This document shows, piece by piece, positions 52,601-64,000 of a DNA stretch of 64,000 nucleotides. The position numbers and the translations under genes were made by a program. The notes beneath the pieces were generated by a model, which ran no database searches, was not told the DNA's origin, and saw nothing but the letters and a program-made list of their open reading frames with translations. Every line of letters starts with the position of its first letter. Within the stretch, counting starts at the first letter, position 1. This DNA is from the human T2T-CHM13v2.0 reference genome, Homo sapiens: assembly GCF_009914755.1 (NCBI RefSeq), contig NC_060941.1; one strand, written 5' to 3'.

Positions 52601-55313
52601 TTGTGTGCATAAAGATGTTCATAGTAGCCTTGAATGATCTTTTGTATTTCAGTGGTGTCAGTTGTAATATCTCCTGTTTTGTTTCTTAGTGGGGTTATTT
52701 GGATTTTCTCTCTTCTTTTCTTGGTTAATCTTGCTAATAGTCCATCAATTTTATTTATTTTTTCAAAGAACCAGCTTTTTGTTTCATTTATGTTTTGTAT
52801 TTTTGTTTGTTTGTTTGTTTGTTTGTTTCAATTTCATTTAGTTCTGCTGTGATCTTGGTTATTTCCTTTTTTCTGCTGTGTTTGGGTTTGGTTTGTTCTT
52901 GTTTCTCTAGTTCCTTGAGGTGTGACCTTAGAATGTCAGTTCGTGCTCTTTTAGTCTTTTTGATGTAGGCATTTAGGGCTATGAACTTTCCTCTTAGCAC
53001 TGCCTTGCTGTATCGCAGAGGTTTCGGTAGGTTGTGTCATTATTGTTGTTCAGTTCAAATAATGTTTTAATTTCCATCTTGCTTTCGTTTTGACCCAAAA
53101 GGAGCAGTATGCCTGTATTTGCCATGTATTTGCATGGTTTTGAAGGCTCTTTTTGGAATTGACTTCCAGTTTTATTCCACTGTGGTCTGAGAGAGTGCTT
53201 GATATAATTTCAATTTTCTTAAATTTATTAAGGCTCATTTTATGGCCTATAGTATGGTCTATCTTGGAGAAAGTTCCATGTGCTGTTGAATAGAATGTGT
53301 ATTCTGTGGTTGTTGGATGAACTGTTCTGTATATATCTGTTAAGTCTATTTGTTCCAAGGTATAGTTTAAATTCATTGTTTCTTTATTGACTTTCTGTCT
53401 TGATGACCTATCTAGAGCTGTCAGTGGAGTATTTAAGTCCCCTACTATTATTGTGTTGCTGTCTATCTCATTTCTTAGGTCTATTAGTAATTGTTTTATA
53501 AATTTTAGAGCTCCAGTGTTAGGTGCATATATGTTTAGGATTGTGATATTTTCCTGTTGGACAAGGTCTTTTACCATTATATAATGTCCCTCTTTGAGAT
53601 AAGAATAGCTACACCTGCTTGCTTTTCGTGTCCATTTACATGAAATGCCTTTTTCCACCCTTTTACTGTAAGTTTACCTTATGTGTTAGGTGAGTCTCCT
53701 GAAGGTAGCAAATGGTTGGTGAGTTCTTATCCATTCTGTGGTTCTGTATCTTTTAAGTGGAGCATTTAGGCCATTTACATTCAATGTTAGTATTGAAATA
53801 TGGGGTACTGTTGCATTCATCATGCTCTTTGGTGCCTGTGTACTTTGATTTTTTGTTTTTTTCTTTTTAACTTGTATTTTTGTTTTATAGTTCCTGTGTG
53901 ATTTATGCTTTAAAGAGCTTCTGTTTTGATGTGTTTCCAGGATTTGTTTCAAGGTTTAGAGCTCCTTTTAGCAGTTCTTGTAGTGGTAGCTTTGTAATGG
54001 TGAATTCTGTCAGCATTTGTTTTTCTGAAAAAGACTGTATCTTTCCTTCATATATGATGCTTAGTTTTGCTGGATACAAAATCCTTGGTTGATAATTGTT
54101 TTGCTTGAGAAGGCTGAAGATAGGGCCCCTATTCCTTCTGGCTTGTAGGGGTCCTGCTGAGAAATCTTCTGCTAATCCAAGTTTTTCCTTTATAGGTTAC
54201 CTGATGCTTCTGTCTCACAACTCTTAAGATTCTTTCCTTCTTCTTAACTTTGGATAACATGATGACAATGTGCCTAGGTGATGATCTTTTTGTGATGAAT
54301 TTCCCAGGTGTTCTTTGTGCTTATTGTATTTGGATGTCTAGGTCACTAGCAAGGCTGGGGAAGATTTCCTTGATTATTCCCCCAAATATGTTTTCCAAGC
54401 ATTTAGGATTCTCTTCTTCCTCAGGAACACCGATTATTCTTAGGTTTGGTCATTTAACATAATCCCAGACTTCTTGGAGGCCTTGTTCATATTTTCTTAT
54501 TCTTTTGTCTTTGTTAGATTAGGTTAATTTGAAGACCTTGTCTTCGAGCTCTGAATTTCTTTCTTTTACTTGTTCAATTCTATTGCTGAGACTTTCCAGA
54601 GCATTTTGCATTTCTAAAAGTGTGTCCAAAGTTTCCTGACTTTTTTATGGTTTTTTCTTCAAGCGATCTATGTCCTTGAATATTTTTCCCTTCACTTCTT
54701 GTACCACCTTTTGGATTTTCTTGCATTGGGCTTCACCTTTCTCTGGTGACTCTCCGATTAGCTTAATAACTAACCTCATGAATTCTTTTTCAGGTAAATC
54801 AGGGATTTCTTCTTGGTTTGGACCCATTGCTGGTGAACTAGTGTGATTTTGGGGGGTACGGAAGAGCCTTGTTTTGTCATATTACTAGGGTTGGTTTTCT
54901 GGTTCCTTCTTATTTGGGTAGGCTCTATCAGAGGGAAAGTCTAGGGCTGAAGGCTGTTGTTCAGATTATTTTGTTTCATGGGGTGTTACCTTGATGTAAT
55001 ACTCTCCCCCTTTTCCTATGGATGTGGCTTCCTATGAGTCGAACTGCAGTGATTGTTGTCTCTCTTCTGGGTCTAGCAACCCGGAGAGTCTACCTAGCTC
55101 CAGTCTGATACTGGGGAGTGTCTGCACAGAGCCCTGTGGTGTTAACCACCTATGGGTCTGTCAGCCATGGATACCAGCACCTGTTCCAGTGGAGGTGGTG
55201 GTGGGGGGTAGTGCAATGAACTCCATGAGGGTTCTTAGCTCTGGTGGTTTAACGCTCTATTTTTGTGCTGGTTGGCCTCCGGCCGGGAGGTGGCCCTTTC
55301 CAGAGACCATCAG
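49632..55313 (-). mobile_element. Long L1PB1-like element (3'UTR, decayed ORF2, ORF1 and part of the 5' region), nested in an older plus-strand L1ME-type relic
   Basis: 3' end gtaagttattggggtacaggtggta...; fragmented minus-strand ORF2 peptides (EN 53050-53658, RT 51559-52409) and ORF1 fragment 54645-54827. Boundaries approximate. Confidence 0.88.
51471..51570. repeat. (TATTG)n pentanucleotide microsatellite
   Basis: About 12 perfect units followed by degenerate units, inside L1 ORF2. Confidence 0.95.
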
Positions 55314-58031
55314 TAGTATCCATATTTCTAATATATAAATAGCTCTTGAAATATATATGAAAAAATGAGGGAAAGATTGTTCACAGAGAAGCACAGACAA
55401 CTCCTAAGCATATAAAAAGATGTTCAAACTTTCTCATTATGCAAGAAATGCAACCTAAAACTAACTTGAGGTATCACTTTTCACCTTTCAGAATATCAAA
55501 AACTTCAAAAGTTTAATATACGCTCTATAGATTAAGTTCTAGGAAACAGTCAACTTCATATAATGCTGGGAGAAGTGTAAATTATTGTCACCCTTATGGA
55601 GAGTAGTTTGGCAATATCTATCAACATTACAAATGCAAATAATCTTTGACCTGGTAATTCTAAGTAGGGGGATTTATCCTACAACTACACCTAGATATAT
55701 ATAAAATAACATGCACAAGAGTTGTTTGTAAGAATTTTTAAAAAGTAAATTGCATCAACGTTGTTTAAAGGAGTAAAATATAGAGTATCTTTCAATTAGG
55801 AACTAATTAAATAAATTATCATACACATACATATAAAACAGCTATAAAAAAGAATGTGGGATCTCATTTTGAATTGTATATGGAAGGACCTCCAAAGTAT
55901 ATTGTTAAAAAATTGAAAGAGCATATATGTAATATACTACCTTTTGTGTAAAATTGAGGGAGGAGGATCTATATTCACATTTGCTTGAATATACATAAAC
56001 TCTGGGAAGATGTATAGGACGCTAAGAACAACGGATATCTATGGTGGGAGGGAAAATCTAAGAACTGGGAAGATGGTAAATAAGGAATAAGGGAGTCTTA
56101 TCTCTTTATAATTGTTTATACCTTTTGGTTTTTTAACCATGTAGATCTGTTTAAAACATTTAATAAAAGGATCAAAATAAAAATAAAGTTAATGAGATAC
56201 AGAGGAAACAGACTGAGGCAAGAGAGGAAAAGGCAATGGGAAAAAATAGGTCAGACAGAAGGCTACCATAAAGGAATAGTCTTTAAAATCACGTAAGGGC
56301 AGTCAAAAAGAGGAGGTCAGGTACAGACTCTTTGCATCCCATACGCAGGAATAGAAAATATTCAAAAGTATGCCTGAAAGAAGGGATAGCGAGAACAAAG
56401 TTTTCTGTAAATTTCCACAGTGTTTTTTCCCCCTATATTGACAAACAGGAGAAAACAATACAGTAAGCTAAAATGGGCAAATTATTTCAATTCTTTCAGG
56501 GAGGAAGAAAAATATCTCCATGGCTATCATTTCTGTAACCATAGAGGGTGAATTTCATGAAGCAGGCTCCCATACTGAATTAAATAATAAATTTCCCCAA
56601 AAGAGTCTTTTATAGTGCTTATTTAAGCTATCGAGAAAGAGAAGAGTCTTAAATGACAGGAGTGTTTACGTATTTAATTTTTGTGTAATATTAGAACCAT
56701 AAACCCTCTCTCTTTCAGATGGGGAATATGTGACACATGCAGTTAATTTCTACGTTAAATTATTGAATGAAAAATACACACATTATCCATTGCGACTCCA
56801 GGATTAGGTCAGGTCAAATTTTATTGCTTTTGGCCAAGGGCTTTTGTAAGACTTACAAGGCTAGGAGCAGGTACAGTGTGATCTTTGGTATAAGTTATAG
56901 AGTTAGAGTGAGGTTCTGAGTGGGAAAATGCATAGCATTTCAGAGGTAATTTCATGAAAGTCATCATGAGACCAGCATAGTATCATGCTGACCTACCTAG
57001 AACTTTATAAGATCACTTTAGCTCTGGTTTCTGAAACTGCCATGGTTCATGTATCCACCTGACAATAAATAACCAATCTTTTCTAGATTGATCTGTAATG
57101 GATGCTAATTGGAATTAGCCCCAAGAAGTATCTGGCATGGGGCCAGGTATAAATAGGGAGGGGAAAAAGGGGAAGGAAATGTGGATAATTCTGTAGCTCA
57201 GGGGTTCCAAAAATAAACATTTGATAAGCTAAAATTGTCTAATAGTATCTGTTTTCAAACTTGGAGGTAAGCATGGAACCCAGAAAGAGGTTTAATTATT
57301 TTACCAGAGTAAACAAAATCTGTATCTGATTAAAAACAGTCTACCATACAGAGCATTTTGAACAAAGTGCTATCCTTTAGATTGATTTATGAGAGAAATG
57401 ACGTAGGAGTAGTAGCAGTAATACTAGGAAATATTTACTGAGCTCTTACCAGGTGCCAAGCTAAATGTTTTATATGTGTTATATCACTTAATCCTCTCAA
57501 AAATCTTATGAGGTAGGATATATTCTTAACTGCATTTTGTAGATGAGGAAATTCAGGTTCAGAAAAATTAAGAAGTTGCCCAAGTCTAACAATTAGTAAG
57601 TGAAGAAACCAGAATACATATTTCTCTGAAGTGTGTGCTCATAACATCAAATCAAAGCTCCATCAGTGTTAATACACATTCAGGCTTTTATTGTTCTGTA
57701 AGCTTACTTATGATCAATAGATTCTTTGTATTTGATTATGGCCTCTTAATCATAGGCTTGAAGTAAAGGGAATCCGACCACTCCCATCTCAGAACTCCCA
57801 AAGTACCATAGGACTAAAAATCAAATAGAAAATAGATTAGAACACTATCACAAAGAATATTTGGCTACATTAACTGTAGGACATTTTAGCTACATATTTC
57901 TGTATCAGAAATAAGTTAAACTAGAATGATCTTAGAGATAAGTTTCAATAAAATTTCTTGATGCTTTCTTCAATAACGCCAATTACTACAACTGTTTTCA
58001 ATATAAACTTTCTAGAAGAGCTTTGTGTTAA

Positions 58032-58370
<339 letters not shown>

Positions 58371-59062
58371 AATATTTAAATTATTTATAATGGTCAATCA
58401 GTTGGCCCATTATAGTATTCTGGGTGTCTCTTTGAATATTATCAAAGATGTTTATACACATTTTATCTTCCTATGTGAGTGTTTGTTAACCATATTTTCT
58501 CCATTTCTTTTCTTCGAGACACTCTAGTTAACTCTGGGTTCCTGTTATGAATTAATATAGGTATAAATTACTAGCAGTGGATTAGGATATAGACACCTGT
58601 GAAAATGGTGGACGCTCTTATGCGGACCCACCAGGGATACACTCTGAATTATCTTGGTGGTGAAGAAAGAGCAATCAGATTCTTCATTCTCAAAAACTAC
58701 ATTCAACTCACATATATTGCAGAAAAAGAGACGAGATGGTCAGAGATACTAAGGTTAGATTATTGGACTAATGAAAGATTTTATTTCTGTTACCTATTTC
58801 AAATTATTTACACCAGGCTAAAAAAGAGAGAAAGAAGTTTGGTGTAGTCTGTGATGTGAGCATCCTTCCTGGTTACAGAGGCAACTAGCTCCTTAAAGAT
58901 CAGCATTGCAGATTCTATACAGATGATTAAATTGATGTAAAAACAAAAGTTTCTCCTCTCACTTTAGACTGGGTTTGAACGCAAAAAGTAAAAACAATAG
59001 AGTTAGAAGGCAGTCATGAGATTATGTTACTTAGAATACAAAATGGTAAATGCTTTTAAGAT

Positions 59063-59361
<299 letters not shown>

Positions 59362-60194
59362 AAGATTATTTTTATGTCTGTGTCTTATGATTTGTTTCCC
59401 CACCTTATAAGATTCCAAGAAAGGAGCTGACTTTCAGTAATCTTAAAATCTCATCCTGGGACTGTTTGCACTTACAGGAAGATAGAGCAGATGTACTTTC
59501 CCTCATTCTTCCTGCTAAATGCAACCAAAAACACTGAACATTGTACATAAAACAAGCATAAGAAGACCCTGGAAGGTGAAGAAAGAAAGCAGACCAGCTA
59601 GTGGCCTCAGAGCCTAAGAACAACACGGAGATGACTTCTGGGACTTGGAGTTGAAGAACATCTCATACTAGTGTCATTTATTTAAAAGTTTGTTCCTAAA
59701 GCCATCAAAATTAATCCTGATAGCTGACTGCTCTGTGATGAAGACAGCCTCACAGAAGTTAATCAGCATCTCTTTAACTGAGACTCAAATGGACTTCATG
59801 ACCCTTGTTCCTCCTGATTGAGCCAAATTATTCCCAGACAGCTACATCATGATTATAATACTCTTAATATGCCCAGCTTTTTTCTAAAATGTTAGTTTAA
59901 TAAGGGAAAAACAGGTACTATTTTTTAAACACAAGCAATCACGATTACCTTCTTCATTAACTTGAATTTGTTCTCAGTTCCTCTACTTAGCTGTGTGACC
60001 TTGAACAAGTTACTTAACCCCTCTGGCCTCAATTTCTTCTTAAAATAGGAAGGCAGTGCCTCTGTTTTCAGAATCATAAAAATTGATCCACCATTACTTA
60101 ATATAATATATAATTTTTTTAAAAAAACTGAAAGTAGAGTACTATTAAGCAGAAGAAAAGCCAGGCCAATTTTAAGAGGTAAAACCCCAAATGA

Positions 60195-60532
<338 letters not shown>

Positions 60533-60539
60533 TATTATT

Positions 60540-63260
60540 ATTATTTTTAATTCACAAAGAATTGCATATAGTTATGGGGTATAATATGATTTGATCTATG
60601 TATACATTGTAGAAAAATTCAATAAAGCTAATTAACATATCCATCACCTCACCAACTTATTGTTTTGTGGTGAGGACATTAAAAATCTTTTCTTTTAGTA
60701 ATTTTGAAATATATAATGTATTATTAATTAACTGTGATTACCAAGCAGTGCAATAGATCACTAAAATTTTTTCTACCAGTCTCACCAAAGCTTTGCATCC
60801 TTTGATCAACATCTCCCTTTCCCCATCTCTCCATCTCCAGCCCCCACCACCGTCTCTCTGCCAACCTCTGGTAACCACCTTTCTACTCTGCTTCAGTGAG
60901 ATTTATTGAAGAGATTGTCTTTTCTTGACTATATTATTCCTAGCATCTTTGTCAAAAGTCAACTGATGGTAAATACATGGGTTTATTTCTAGGCTTTCTA
61001 TTCTGTTCCTTTGGTTGATGTGTCTGTTTTTATGACAATACTATGCAATTTTGATTACAATAGCTTTATAATATATTCTGAAATCCAGTTTTGTTATTTT
61101 TGCTCAAGATTGCTTTGATTATTTTGAGGTCTTTGCTGGTTTCATACAAATTTTAGGGTTGTTTCTTCTGTTTCTACCAAAAAATGACTTTGGAATTTTG
61201 ATAGAGATTGCATCGAATCTGTAAATCACTTCAGGTAGTATAAATAATATTAATTCTTACAGTCTATGAACATGGGATGTCTTTCCACCTATGTTTTGTC
61301 TTCTTCAATTTTTCTCATCACTGTTTTATAGTTTTCAGTGTACAGATATTTCACCTTGGTTAGATTTACTGCTACATATTTTTATGCTATTGTAGGTAGG
61401 ATTGTTTTCTTAATTTCTTTTTCAGATACTTTGTTTTTAGTGTATGGAAAAATACTAATTTTTTTAAATTTGATTTTGTAACCTACACTCTACTGAATGT
61501 ATCAGTTCTACAGGTTTGGGTTCTTCTGGTGGACTATTTAAGATTTTCTATATGTAAGATCATGTTATCAGCAGAGACAATTTCACTTTTGCTTTCCTGT
61601 ATGAATGTCTTTTTATTTCTTTTTCTTGCCTAATTTCTGTGGCTAGGACTTCTAGTAATATGTTGAATAGAAATGGAAAGAATGGGCATCCTTTACTTGT
61701 TCCTGATCTTAGAGAAAAAGCTTTCAACTTTTTACCATTTAGTAAGACATTAGCTGTCGGCTTGTTGTGTATGGTCTTTATTGTATTGAGGCAGCTTTCT
61801 TCTATACTGATTTTGTGGAGACTTTTTATCATGAAAAGATGTTGAATTTTGACAAGTGCTTTTACTGTATCTATTGAGATAATCATATGGGTTTCATCCT
61901 TCATTATGTTAATACAGTGTATCACATTTATTGATTTATATATGTTGAAATCCCTTCATACCCCTGGAATGAATCCCACTTCATCATGGTAAATTATATT
62001 TATAGTGTGCTGTTGAATTGGGTTCGCTAGTATTTTCTTGAGGATTTTTGCATCTATATTCATCAGGGACATTGGCCTGTAGATTTCTTTTCTTGTGTTA
62101 TTCCTTGGCTTTGGTATCAGGGTAATGCTGGCCTCATAAAATAAGTTCAGAAATTATTCTCTCCTCTTTGATTTTTTGGAAGAGTTTAAGAAGTATTGGC
62201 TGTTTTTTAAATGACTGGCAGAATTCAGCAATGAAGCCATCAGATTCAAGGATTTTCTTTGATGAGAAACATTTTGTCATTAATTCAATTTCCTTACTCA
62301 TTTTTGGTCTATTGCCAATTTCTATTTCTTCCTGATTCAGTCTTGGTATGTTGTGTGTTTCTGGGAATTCGCCATTTCTTCTAGATTATCTAATTTCTTG
62401 GACTATAGTTGTTCATAGTAGTCTGATCTTTTGTATTTCTGTGGTATCAGTTGTAATGTCTCCTCTTTCATTTCTGATTTTATTTGTGTCTGTGATGGTT
62501 TAATATTGAGTGTCAACTTGATTGGATTGAAGGATGAAAGTATTGTTCCTGGGCGTGTCTGTGAGGGTGTTGCCAAAGGAGATTAACATTTGAGTCAGTG
62601 GACTGGGAGAGGCAGACCCACCCTCACTCTGTGTGGGTACCAACTAATCAGCTACCAGCATGGCTAGGATAAAAGCAGGCAGAGGAATGTGGAAGGACTG
62701 GACTGGCTGATCTTCTGGCCTTCATATTTCTCCCATGTCAGATGCTTCTTGCCCTGGAACATCAGACTCCAAGTTCTTCAGCTTTTGGACTCTTGGACTT
62801 ATACCAGTAGTTTGCAAGGGGCTCTTGGGTCTTTGGCCACGAACTGAAGGCTGCACTGTCAGCTTACCTACTTTTGAGGTTTTAGAACTTGGACCAGCTT
62901 TATTGCACCTCAGCTTACAGATGACCTATTGTGGGACTTCACCTTATGATCATGTGAGTCAATACTCCTTAATAAACTTCCTTTCAAATACGCGTCTATC
63001 CTATTAGTCCTGATCCTCCAGAGAACCCTGACAGTGTCTTTACTCCTTTTTTCTTTGTAAGTCTAAGTAAAAGTGTGTCAATTTTGCTTATCTTTTTTAA
63101 AAGAAAACAACTTTTAGTTTTGTTAATCTTTTCTATTGTTTCTATAGTGTCTTGTTTATTTCTGCCTTGATCTTTGTTATTTCCCTCCTTCTGCTAAGTT
63201 TGAGCTTATTTCAAGTGCCTCGAAGCGTAACATTAGGTTGTTAATTTGAGATCTTCATTT
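60540..63260 (-). mobile_element. Old L1MA-type element with an internal deletion, interrupted by an MLT2A LTR
   Basis: Reverse 3' end at ~60545; RT-region peptide 61560-61925. Confidence 0.8.
62491..63033 (+). mobile_element. MLT2A (HERV-L) solo LTR
   Basis: TG...CA termini; 5-bp TSD gtgtc at 62486-62490 and 63034-63038; characteristic tgtgatggtt-aatattgagtgtcaacttgattggattgaaggatg; AATAAA near 62971. Confidence 0.9.
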
Positions 63261-63261
63261 T

Positions 63262-64000
<739 letters not shown>

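Overview
Human/primate genomic DNA inside ANKFN1 (ankyrin repeat and fibronectin type-III domain protein 1, + strand; recognised from the translated peptide). Four internal coding exons (943-1144, 4014-4224, 22840-23034, 24795-24908) splice in frame with GT-AG sites. The rest is intron, dense with Alu, L1, DNA-transposon and LTR relics, and no further exon was found after 24908. The standout is a 5'-truncated PTEN retrocopy at ~18241-19629, lying in sense inside the intron. It holds the C-tail codons, ~0.9 kb of 3'UTR, a poly(A) tail and TSDs, is split by a later Alu, and still carries several PTEN miRNA seed sites and poly(A) signals. Also present: a full-length sense L1PA3/4-type element with an open, extended ORF0; several templated-insertion or fold-back scars; a twin-primed old L1; and an MLT2A solo LTR. 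All family and gene assignments come from recalled sequences, not database searches.
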